Positions 23,138-30,741 of a stretch of 31,736 bases of DNA are shown piece by piece (the stretch's first letter is position 1; every line of letters begins with the position of its first letter). Source of the DNA: Actinomycetota bacterium. Its GTDB lineage: Bacteria; Actinomycetota; UBA4738; HRBIN12. Where the stretch lies: contig SIRV01000046.1 in the NCBI GenBank assembly GCA_004366195.1, positions 1-31,736 on the forward strand, written 5' to 3'. Below the pieces are notes generated by a model, which did not search any database, was not told the DNA's origin, and saw only the letters and a program-made list of their open reading frames with translations. Both the position numbers and the translations under genes were made by a program.

Positions 23138-23901
23138 GCGGTCCGCACGCCCACGCGCTGTACGTGCACGGGCACACGCCCGTCCACCGGCTCGCGCCGG
23201 AGGCCAAGCTCGCGGCGCAGCTGCTGTTCGTGCTCGCCGTCGTGGCCACCCCTCGGGAGGCGTTCTGGGCGTTCGGCGTCTACGCCCTCCTCGTCGCGGT
23301 CGTGGTCGGGCTCGCGCGCCTCCCGATCGCCTTCGTCGCGAAACGCCTGCTCTTCGAGGTCCCGTTCGTCCTCTTCGCCGTGCTCATGCCCTTCGTGTCC
23401 AGGGGCGAGCGGGTGGACGTGCTCGGCGTCTCGCTCTCGGTCGAGGGCCTGTGGGGGGCGTGGAACGTCCTCGCCAAGGCCACGCTGGGCCTCGCGGCGA
23501 GCATCGTGGTCGCGGCGACGACCACGATGCCGGAGCTGCTGCGGGGGCTCGAGCGCCTCCGGATGCCGCGGGCCCTCACCTCGACCCTCTCGTTCATGAT
23601 CCGGTACGCCGACGTGGTGGCCGAGGAGATGCGGCGGATGAAGATCGCCCGCGACTCCCGGGCCTACGATCCGCGCTGGCTCTGGCAGGCCCGCGCCGTG
23701 GCGGCGGCCGCCGGGGCGCTGTTCATCCGGTCCTACGAGCGGGGGGAGCGCGTGTACCTCGCCATGCTCTCGCGGGGCTACGCCGGGTCGATGCCGCGTC
23801 TGGAGGAGGCGGCGACGCCCGCGGTGGTGTGGGCGGCCGCGCTCGCCGTCCCTGCGGCGGCGGCCGCCGTGGCCGCGACGGCCTGGGTGGTGGGGCGATG
23901 A
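23134..23901 (+). CDS. cbiQ: ECF transporter transmembrane T component (CbiQ/NikQ)
   Basis: VHRLAPEAKL and the two ECF Arg motifs (ARDSR and LFIRSYERGERVYLAMLSRGY). Confidence 0.92.
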   Translation: MSGPHAHALYVHGHTPVHRLAPEAKLAAQLLFVLAVVATPREAFWAFGVYALLVAVVVGLARLPIAFVAKRLLFEVPFVLFAVLMPFVSRGERVDVLGVSLSVEGLWGAWNVLAKATLGLAASIVVAATTTMPELLRGLERLRMPRALTSTLSFMIRYADVVAEEMRRMKIARDSRAYDPRWLWQARAVAAAAGALFIRSYERGERVYLAMLSRGYAGSMPRLEEAATPAVVWAAALAVPAAAAAVAATAWVVGR

Positions 23902-24656
23902 CGGTCCCGGCGCTCGAGGTGCGCGGGCTCGCCTTCACGTATCCGGACGGGAGCCCGGCGCTGCGCGGCGTCGACCTCGAGATCGCGCGCGGCGAGCGGG
24001 TGGCCCTCCTGGGTCCGAACGGGGCGGGCAAGACCACGCTCGTCATGCACCTGAACGGCATCCTCCGGCCGCAGCGGGGATCCGTGGTCGTCGGAGGTCT
24101 GCCGGTCGTGGAGGCGAACCTCCGCGAGGTCCGCCGACGGGTCGGCATCGTCTTCCAGGATCCCGACGATCAGCTCTTCATGCCGACGGTGCGCGAGGAC
24201 GTGGCGTTCGGCCCGGCCAACCTCGGTCTGCGCGGGGAGGAGCTCGAGGCCCGCGTTCGGGCGGCGCTCCGAGCGGTGGGGATGGAGGAGCACGCCGACC
24301 GGGCCCCCCACCACCTCTCCTTCGGCCAGCGCCGGCGGGTGGCGGTGGCCACGGTGCTCGCGATGGAGCCCGAGATCCTCGTCCTCGACGAGCCGAGCTC
24401 GAACCTGGATCCCGCCGGGCGCCGCGAGCTCGCCGACATCCTGCGGAGCCTGGACATCACCATCCTCATGGTCACCCACGACCTCCCCTACGCGCTGGAG
24501 CTCTGTCCGAGGTCCGTCGTCATGAACGGCGGGATCGTCGTGGCCGACGGACCGACCCGGGAGATCCTGTCCGACGAGGCCCTGATGCGGGCCAACCGGC
24601 TGGAGCTGCCCTACGGGTTCTTCCCGGCCGCCGTCCGGGAGCTCGACACGGCCTAG
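23898..24656 (+). CDS. cbiO: ECF transporter ATPase (CbiO/NikO)
   Basis: ATG at 23898 (ATGA overlap). GPNGAGKTT, FQDPDDQLF, LSFGQRRR and LDEPSSNLD. Confidence 0.92.
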   Translation: MTVPALEVRGLAFTYPDGSPALRGVDLEIARGERVALLGPNGAGKTTLVMHLNGILRPQRGSVVVGGLPVVEANLREVRRRVGIVFQDPDDQLFMPTVREDVAFGPANLGLRGEELEARVRAALRAVGMEEHADRAPHHLSFGQRRRVAVATVLAMEPEILVLDEPSSNLDPAGRRELADILRSLDITILMVTHDLPYALELCPRSVVMNGGIVVADGPTREILSDEALMRANRLELPYGFFPAAVRELDTA

Positions 24657-25096
24657 CCCTCCGCCTCTCGCCGGCAGTCGGCGCAGAGGCCGCTGATGGC
24701 GAAGTGCGTGAGGTCCGGCAGGAACCCGCGGTGCTGCTCGATGAGCTGGGACAGGGCCGCCGCTTCCTCCAGGGACAGGTCGTCCTCGGCGCCGCATCTC
24801 GAGCAGGAGAGGTGCACGTGCCCGGCCTCCTCCACCCGGTGGTACTCGGCGCCCGACTCCAGGTGGGCGTGGGCGAGGACGCCCGCCTCCTCGAGGAGCG
24901 CGAGCGTCCGGTACACGGTGGACGCGTTGACCCCGGGCATGGTGTCCTGGACCTTCCGGGTGAGCGCGGTGGGCGAGATGTGGCCCTGGGTTCGCATGAT
25001 CTCGGCCACGATGGCGCGGCGTTGGGGCGTCATCCGCAGGCCGCGGCGGCGGAGGATCTCGATGACGTCCTCCACGAGCGCGTCGGTGGTCGCCAC
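24653..25096 (-). CDS. Fur-family metalloregulator, Nur-like (nickel uptake regulator)
   Basis: Likely GTG start at 25096, within track ORF 24653-25399. Motifs RMTPQR, STVYRTL, AHAHL, HVHLSCSRC and THFAISGLCADC. Confidence 0.88.
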   Translation of the reverse strand: MATTDALVEDVIEILRRRGLRMTPQRRAIVAEIMRTQGHISPTALTRKVQDTMPGVNASTVYRTLALLEEAGVLAHAHLESGAEYHRVEEAGHVHLSCSRCGAEDDLSLEEAAALSQLIEQHRGFLPDLTHFAISGLCADCRREAEG

Positions 25097-25102
25097 GACC
25101 AG

Positions 25103-25137
25103 AGTGTAGCAAACCCTTGCATCTGCAAAGCAGATGC
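25103..25137 (-). promoter_or_regulatory. Leaderless -10 box (TACACT, minus strand 25108-25103) plus inverted repeat GCATCTGC-AAA-GCAGATGC (25119-25137)
   Basis: The -10 box ends 6 nt before the GTG. A perfect 8-3-8 repeat covers the expected -35 region. Confidence 0.65.
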
Positions 25138-25196
25138 GCCTGCCGTTCCCCGCGATGAGCCGAGCCTCTCGGCCCTGCCCTGCGGTCTGGAAAGAT

Positions 25197-25976
25197 ATGG
25201 GCATGCGCGGGGAGTTCGTGCGCGTGGAGGTGGCAGGGGCGGTCGCCACGATCCGGCTCGACCGTCCGCCGGCGAACGCGCTCAGCCGTCCGGTGTCGCT
25301 CGAGCTGCAGGAGGCCGCTCGGGCGGTGGCGGGGGACCCGGCCGTCCGCGCGGTGGTGCTCTGGGGCGGTGAGCGCATCTTCGCGGCCGGCGCGGACATC
25401 GCCGAGATGGCCGAGCAGGGGCCCGCCGAGGTGGAGCCGCAGGTCGCGGCGCTCGAGGGGGCCTGCCGTGAGCTCGAGGCGGTGCCGAAACCCGTCCTCG
25501 CGGCGATCAGCCGGTACGCCCTCGGCGGCGGCTACGAGCTCGCGCTCGCGTGCGACGTCCGGATCGCCGGTGCCGACGCCAAGGTCGGCCTCCCCGAGAT
25601 CCGGCTCGGCATCATCCCCGGGGCGGGGGGCACCCAGCGGCTGCCGCGGCTCGTCGGCCTCCGGGTGGCCAGGGAGCTGATCTACTCGGGCCGACACGTG
25701 CCGGCAGAGGAGGCCCTGCGGCTCGGGCTGGTGGACCGGGTCGTTCCGCCGGAGGAGGTCTACCCGGCCGCTCTGGCGGAGGCCGAGGGATGGGCGCGTG
25801 GGCCGACCCGCGCCATCGGGGCGGCCAAGGCGGCGCTGCGGGCGGCGGCCGCCGGCCTCGACGAGGGCCTGGCGGTCGAGCGGCGCGAGTTCCTGCGTCT
25901 GTTCGAGACCCGGGACAAGGCGGAGGGCATGCGGGCGTTCCTGGAGAAGCGCGAGCCGAGGTTCGAGGGGAGGTAG
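25197..25976 (+). CDS. Enoyl-CoA hydratase/isomerase (crotonase family); start 25197 or 25203
   Basis: RPPANAL, FAAGADI, ALGGGYELALACD and GLPEIRLGIIPGAGGTQRLPR. Both catalytic Glu are present. Confidence 0.92.
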   Translation: MGMRGEFVRVEVAGAVATIRLDRPPANALSRPVSLELQEAARAVAGDPAVRAVVLWGGERIFAAGADIAEMAEQGPAEVEPQVAALEGACRELEAVPKPVLAAISRYALGGGYELALACDVRIAGADAKVGLPEIRLGIIPGAGGTQRLPRLVGLRVARELIYSGRHVPAEEALRLGLVDRVVPPEEVYPAALAEAEGWARGPTRAIGAAKAALRAAAAGLDEGLAVERREFLRLFETRDKAEGMRAFLEKREPRFEGR

Positions 25977-25978
25977 GC

Positions 25979-26470
25979 GTGAAGGTCAGACGGGCGACCC
26001 CGGAAGACGTGCCGTCCCTCGTGGCCCTGTTCCAGGAGCTCGACCGGATGCAGGCCGACTGGCGGGTGTTCACGCCCCGCCCCGGCTTCTACGACGAGGT
26101 GGGCCGCAAATACCGGGAGGCGATGAGCACGCCGGATGCGATCGTCCTCGTCGCGGAGGACGACGAGGGGGAGGTCGTGGGGATGGCCTACGGCGAGACC
26201 CAGATGCCCTCGCGGTTCTCGGACGAGCGGGCGCTGGAGCTCTCCGGGGTCGTGGTCCGGGCCGGGTACCGTGGGCGCGGGGTCGGTCGGGCCCTGGTGC
26301 GCGAGGCCGCCCGGTTCGCCAAGGAGCGGGGGATCGATTGGGTCGAGCTGAAGACCTTCGCCCCGAACCGGGGCGCGATGGCCTTCTGGGAGGGTCTCGG
26401 CTTCACGCCTCGCGTGGTCCAGCTCACGAGCCCGACCGAGGCGCTGCTGGAGCGTCTGGACGAAGCCTGA
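25979..26470 (+). CDS. GNAT-family N-acetyltransferase
   Basis: GTG 2 nt after the previous stop. VRRATPEDV, the acetyl-CoA motif VVRAGYRGRGVGRAL, and N...AFWEGLGF. Confidence 0.88.
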   Translation: MKVRRATPEDVPSLVALFQELDRMQADWRVFTPRPGFYDEVGRKYREAMSTPDAIVLVAEDDEGEVVGMAYGETQMPSRFSDERALELSGVVVRAGYRGRGVGRALVREAARFAKERGIDWVELKTFAPNRGAMAFWEGLGFTPRVVQLTSPTEALLERLDEA

Positions 26471-26513
26471 TCGCCGGGCCGACCGCTCCCACGTAACCCG
26501 ATGGTCGCGGTCG

Positions 26514-26539
26514 GGAACGAACCGGGCCTCCGGATGGTT
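26514..26539 (+). promoter_or_regulatory. Candidate SigR/SigH-type ECF promoter GGAAC-N18-GTT
   Basis: GGAAC at 26514-26518 and GTT at 26537-26539. It matches the recalled actinobacterial GGAAY-N18-GTT consensus, but the motif is short. Confidence 0.4.
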
Positions 26540-26594
26540 CGAATAAGGGATAGCTCCGCGTGAGGCGGAGCGGTGGGGACCCAAGGAGTGAGGC

Positions 26595-26807
26595 ATGGCT
26601 TCGGAGTCCATGTATCGCGGGTCGCGCGTCCGAGAGCTCCCGCGCGCGAATCGGACCTACGGGTCGGGCCGCGTGTGCGCGGCCGAGGGGTGCGACACCC
26701 GGCTCTCGATCTACAACAAGTGGAACTACTGCTGGCAGCACGAGCCCGTGCACACGTACGTCGCTCGGGGCAAGCGCCGCAGCCGCAAGGAGATGCAGGC
26801 TGCGTGA
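26595..26807 (+). CDS. Small basic hypothetical protein with a C-x4-C...C-x2-H putative Zn-binding motif
   Basis: Strong RBS AAGGAG 6 nt upstream, a Cys/His pattern unlikely in a shadow ORF, and a downstream terminator. Confidence 0.8.
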   Translation: MASESMYRGSRVRELPRANRTYGSGRVCAAEGCDTRLSIYNKWNYCWQHEPVHTYVARGKRRSRKEMQAA

Positions 26808-26830
26808 GCGGTTGAGCCCCTCGCAGCCTC

Positions 26831-26866
26831 ACGGAGGCCCTCCCGCGTCGGGAGGGCCTCCGTCTT
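26831..26866 (+). terminator. Intrinsic terminator-like hairpin
   Basis: Perfect 15-bp stem ACGGAGGCCCTCCCG / CGGGAGGGCCTCCGT with a 3-nt loop, followed only by CTT. Short or absent U-tracts are common in actinobacteria. Confidence 0.75.
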
Positions 26867-26952
26867 ACGACCAAGGGCCGCATCAAGGGGAGGGGCGGAC
26901 GGGCCGACAACGGGGAGCGAGGCCGCTCCCCCCGACCCGCGGCCCGCGGATC

Positions 26953-27126
26953 ATGCCGAACGACGTCGCCGGTCCGCCCGAGATGCGGGAGGCCGACTGC
27001 CCGTACTGCGAGCGGGCCGTGCTCGTGTACGAGGACCCGCCACGCTGCCCGCTCTGCGCGTGTCCGATCGATGGCGACAGGATGCGACCGTTCGTCTGGC
27101 CGGACGAGGAGACATCCCCGCCCTGA
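26953..27126 (+). CDS. Small hypothetical zinc-ribbon protein (CPYC-x12-CPLC); start 26953 or 26983
   Basis: Two CxxC motifs in 57 aa, filling the gap before the convergent pabB stop. No clear RBS. Confidence 0.6.
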   Translation: MPNDVAGPPEMREADCPYCERAVLVYEDPPRCPLCACPIDGDRMRPFVWPDEETSPP

Positions 27127-27132
27127 GGCCGG

Positions 27133-28890
27133 TCAGGGGACGAGGACGGCCGCTCGCCAACCCCGGACGGAGCTGACGAGCGCGAGGGCCTCGGCGGCGC
27201 GCACCTCCTCGATCCGCACGCGACGCTCGCGCAGCCGGCCCTCTCGGAGGAGCCGCTCGCGCAGCGTTCCCGCGAGCAGGCCGGCTTCGCGGGGTGGGGT
27301 GACCCATGCGCCGCCGAGGCGGACGGCGAGGTTGGCGATGGTGGTCTCCGTCACCTCGCCGAGCGTGTTCGTGAGCACGACGTCCTCGACGTCGGGTCGC
27401 CGCCGCCGCCGCCGCTCGTAGGGCTCGCGCCGGGTGGTCTTGTGGTACAGCCACACGTCGGCCGGGTCGACCGGCTCCTCGTCCAGGGCCACGCGGACGG
27501 GCTCGGGGTGCGTGGGCGGGAGCGGTCCCGGCTCCGCCGAGCAGGTGCCGTCGCGCTCCAGCAGGAGCCGCACGCGCGCGGGCTCTTCGCCGACGGCCCG
27601 GTCGAGCGCCTCGAGGGCCGCGTCGCGCCGGAACGGGAAGCCGAAGTAGGCGGCGGAGGCCGCCAGGCGCTCGAGGTGCTCGGCGAGGTCGGCGAAGCCC
27701 CTCTCCGGTTCGAACCGCAGGGTCTCGAGGAGCGCGAACGAGGGACGGGGCCCGAGGACGCGCGCCTTCGCCAGGGCCTCCTCGTACTCGGCGGAGACGG
27801 ACGAGTCGAAGGTGATGCCGCCTCCCACCCCGTACTCGGCGAGCCCGGTCTCGGCGTCCAGGACGAGCGTGCGGATGGCGACGTTGAAGCGGGCGCCGGG
27901 CTCGCCGGCGCTCGGCGGGGCGAGGTAGCCGACGGTGCCGCAGTACACCCCCCGCGGGGAGTCCTCGAGCTCGGCGATGAGCCGCATCGTCGAGACCTTC
28001 GGCGCGCCCGTCACCGAGCCGCTCGGGAACAGCGCCCGGAAGATCTCGGGCAGGCCGACCCCGGCGCGGAGCTCCGCGGTGATCGTGGAGGTGAGCTGCC
28101 AGACGGTCTCGTAGCGCTCGACCCGGAACAGCTGCTCCCAGCCGACGCCGCCGGGGACCGCGATACGGCCGAGGTCGTTGCGGAGCAGATCCACGATCAT
28201 CGCGTTCTCGGCGCGGTCCTTGGCCGACGCGAGGAGCCGGCGCGCCGCCTCCTCGTCCTCCTCCAGCCATCGCCCTCGCGGCGCCGTCCCCTTCATCGGA
28301 CGCGTCGTGATGCGGCTCCCGTCCAGCCGGAAGAACAGCTCGGGCGAGGCGGAGCAGATGCGGTACCGGCCGGCGCGCAGGTAGGCGGCGTAGGCTCCGC
28401 GCTGCGCCAGCGCGAGGTCGCGGTACAGCTCGCGGGCCTCACGGTCGAGCCTCGCGCGGAGGCGGAACGTGTGGTTGACCTGGTAGGTGTCGCCGGCGGC
28501 GATCGCCTCGCGGATGCGGGCGACCGCCGTGTCGTAGGCGCTCCGGTCGACGGAGGGGCGCCAGGTCAGCGGCTCCGGGACCTCCTCGGGGGGCCGCAGC
28601 GGTTCGGGCTCACGGGCCTCCGCGAACAGGCCGAACCAGGCGAGCGGGAGGTCGGGGAAGGGGTCGGCCGGCCCTGGCCGCCGCACCGCGAGCGCGGGGT
28701 CGAGCCCGGGCGCGGCCGCGCGCGCGACGAACCCGGCGACCCAGAGCCCCCGGGCGGCGGCCGCCTGGGCCTCGGCGAGCACCTCGACGACCTGGTCGGG
28801 CGCGCGGGCCTCGAGGGTGCCCACGGGGCGGACGAGCTCGAGGCGGCGCTCGGCCCCCGGGGTGAGGTCGTCGAACCGCGCGGCGATCAC
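27133..28890 (-). CDS. pabB: Aminodeoxychorismate synthase component I fused to ADC lyase (class IV PLP) domain
   Basis: [44 protein letters not shown] and GVGGGIT, followed by a class IV domain ([23 protein letters not shown]). Confidence 0.92.
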   Translation of the reverse strand: MIAARFDDLTPGAERRLELVRPVGTLEARAPDQVVEVLAEAQAAAARGLWVAGFVARAAAPGLDPALAVRRPGPADPFPDLPLAWFGLFAEAREPEPLRPPEEVPEPLTWRPSVDRSAYDTAVARIREAIAAGDTYQVNHTFRLRARLDREARELYRDLALAQRGAYAAYLRAGRYRICSASPELFFRLDGSRITTRPMKGTAPRGRWLEEDEEAARRLLASAKDRAENAMIVDLLRNDLGRIAVPGGVGWEQLFRVERYETVWQLTSTITAELRAGVGLPEIFRALFPSGSVTGAPKVSTMRLIAELEDSPRGVYCGTVGYLAPPSAGEPGARFNVAIRTLVLDAETGLAEYGVGGGITFDSSVSAEYEEALAKARVLGPRPSFALLETLRFEPERGFADLAEHLERLAASAAYFGFPFRRDAALEALDRAVGEEPARVRLLLERDGTCSAEPGPLPPTHPEPVRVALDEEPVDPADVWLYHKTTRREPYERRRRRRPDVEDVVLTNTLGEVTETTIANLAVRLGGAWVTPPREAGLLAGTLRERLLREGRLRERRVRIEEVRAAEALALVSSVRGWRAAVLVP

Positions 28891-28930
28891 GCCGCCAGCC
28901 TCCCGCGCGGAGCGTCGGGCGTCCAGCCCG

Positions 28931-29896
28931 TCAGCCGGCCGACTTCCGGCGCTCGACCTCCTCGATCAGCTTCGGCAGGATCGCCAGCGCATCGCCCACG
29001 ACGCCCAGGTCGGCGAGGGAGAAGATCGGTGCGTCGGGGTCCTTGTTCACCGCCACGATCCGCTTGGAGCCCTTCATGCCGACCACGTGCTGGGTGGCCC
29101 CGCTGATGCCGAAGGCCAGGTAGACGTCGGGCTTGACGGTCTTGCCGGTCTGGCCGACCTGGTAGTGGTACGGGACCCAGCCCGCGTCGACGATGGCGCG
29201 GGTGGCGCCCACGGCCGCGTTGCCGATGGCCTTGGCCAGGCGGTCGAGGAGGGCGAGGTTCGAGGGGTCCTGCATCCCCCGACCGCCGGAGACCACGACC
29301 CGGGCCTCCTCGAGCTTCGGGCCGCTCGCCGCCTCGGCGTGCCGCTCGACACGACGAGCGAGGGGCAGGTCGGCCGGGAGCGCGAGCTCGACGGGGCGCA
29401 CCGCGGCCCGGCCGCCGCTGGGCTCGGCGGCGACGACCTTGGGCCGCATGAGCACGAGCCGCGGCTCGGGTCCCTCCAGGGCCACCTCCACGATCTGCGT
29501 GTCCCCGAAGATCTGGGTGACGGCCCGGTCGAGGGCGACGACGTCCGTGGCGTTGCTGAGGAGCGTGGAGCCGAGGGCGGCCTGCAGGCGACCGGCCACG
29601 TCCCGGCCCTCCTGCGAGGAGGGGAACAGGATCAGGGAGGGATGGTGCTCGACGACGAGACCCGCCAGGGCGTGGGCCGCGGCCTGGCCCACCACCTCGG
29701 CGAACGCCGGGTCCTCGCCCGCGTACACCGTCCCCGCCCCGTACTCGCCGAGGGTCTCGGCGGCGGCACCGGCCCCCGGGCCGAGCGCGACGGCCGCGAC
29801 CTCGTCCGAGAGCGCCCGAGCCTTCGTGAGTAGCTCCAGGGCCGAGGGGAGCGGCCCGTCCGGCCCGAGCTCAGCGTAGACCCACACCGCGCCCAT
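28931..29896 (-). CDS. etfA: Electron transfer flavoprotein subunit alpha
   Basis: [30 protein letters not shown] and [12 protein letters not shown]. Confidence 0.96.
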   Translation of the reverse strand: MGAVWVYAELGPDGPLPSALELLTKARALSDEVAAVALGPGAGAAAETLGEYGAGTVYAGEDPAFAEVVGQAAAHALAGLVVEHHPSLILFPSSQEGRDVAGRLQAALGSTLLSNATDVVALDRAVTQIFGDTQIVEVALEGPEPRLVLMRPKVVAAEPSGGRAAVRPVELALPADLPLARRVERHAEAASGPKLEEARVVVSGGRGMQDPSNLALLDRLAKAIGNAAVGATRAIVDAGWVPYHYQVGQTGKTVKPDVYLAFGISGATQHVVGMKGSKRIVAVNKDPDAPIFSLADLGVVGDALAILPKLIEEVERRKSAG

Positions 29897-29897
29897 C

Positions 29898-30665
29898 TCA
29901 GATCACCTTCGCCTCGACGAGGAGGTCCACGATCCGCGCGACCGCGCCGTCCCCGTCCTGCACGATCTCGCCGGCGCCCTTGGAGGGGGCGGGCGTGATG
30001 CCGAGCACCCGCTGCGTCGGGGCCACCGTCGCGGGGTCCAGGCCCAGATCGGCCAGGGAGAGCTGCTCGACCGGCTTGGACTTCGCGGCCATGATGCCCT
30101 TCAGCGTCGCGTACCGGGGCTCGGCGGCGCTCGCCGTGACGCTCACGAGCGCCGGGATGGGGGCCTCGATCACGTCGTAGCCGAGGTCGGTCTGCCGCTC
30201 GATCCGCACCGCGCCCTCGCCCACCTCGACCTTCCGCGCGAAGGTCAGGGCGGGGATGCCGAGGAGCCCGGCGACGGCCATCGGGACGGTTCCCGTGTAG
30301 CCGTCGGTGGACTCCGAGCCGGTGAAGATCACGTCGAAGGGCCGCCGGGAGACGGCGGCGGCGAGGACCCGGGCCGTCGCGAGCGCGTCGGCGCCGCGCA
30401 GCGCGGGGTCGGTGACGAGCACTCCCCGGTGGGCGCCCATCGAGAGGCCCTTGCGGATCGCGCTCATCGCGACCTCCGGCCCCATCGAGACGAGGGTCAC
30501 CTCGCCGCCGTGGGCCTCGACGGTCCGCAGCCCGGCCTCGACGGCGTACTCGTCGCCGGGGTCGAGCGTCCCGTCGGTGCCCTCGCGGACGACGAGGAAG
30601 TCCTCGCCGAGCTTCGGCGTGCCCGTGGGGTCGGGCACGTACTTCACGAGCACCACCACGTCCAT
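29898..30665 (-). CDS. etfB: Electron transfer flavoprotein subunit beta
   Basis: ATG at 30665 with RBS GAGAGGGG. VLVKYVPD, SMGP, ADALATA and EPRYATLKGIMAAK. Confidence 0.94.
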   Translation of the reverse strand: MDVVVLVKYVPDPTGTPKLGEDFLVVREGTDGTLDPGDEYAVEAGLRTVEAHGGEVTLVSMGPEVAMSAIRKGLSMGAHRGVLVTDPALRGADALATARVLAAAVSRRPFDVIFTGSESTDGYTGTVPMAVAGLLGIPALTFARKVEVGEGAVRIERQTDLGYDVIEAPIPALVSVTASAAEPRYATLKGIMAAKSKPVEQLSLADLGLDPATVAPTQRVLGITPAPSKGAGEIVQDGDGAVARIVDLLVEAKVI

Positions 30666-30694
30666 CGGTACCCCTCTCGTCCGGGTCGGCGCCA

Positions 30695-30735
30695 AGGATA
30701 CCGACGGCGTCGCGGGTCGGCCGAGGCCGTAGCAT
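30695..30735. promoter_or_regulatory. Back-to-back divergent -10 boxes: TATCCT (minus, 30700-30695, etfB) and TAGCAT (plus, 30730-30735, mnmA)
   Basis: Two TANNNT hexamers in a 76-nt gap. The mnmA box ends 6 nt before an in-frame GTG (leaderless geometry). Confidence 0.5.
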
Positions 30736-30741
30736 CGGAGG

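Noticed and set aside
24696-25372. Plus-strand ORFs opposite the Fur-family gene, and the N-terminal extension of that ORF to 25399
   Set aside because: The plus-strand ORFs are antisense shadows. The extension overlaps the crotonase gene and is bypassed by the leaderless start at 25096.
26560-26952. 188-aa ORF 26560-27126 taken as a single gene
   Set aside because: Its first two-thirds overlap the 70-aa gene and run through the terminator. Only the CxxC-containing end looks coding.
30682-30721. 9-bp direct repeat CGGGTCGGC twice in the etfB-mnmA gap
   Set aside because: An almost all-GC 9-mer with two copies, compatible with chance and not matching any regulator motif I know.
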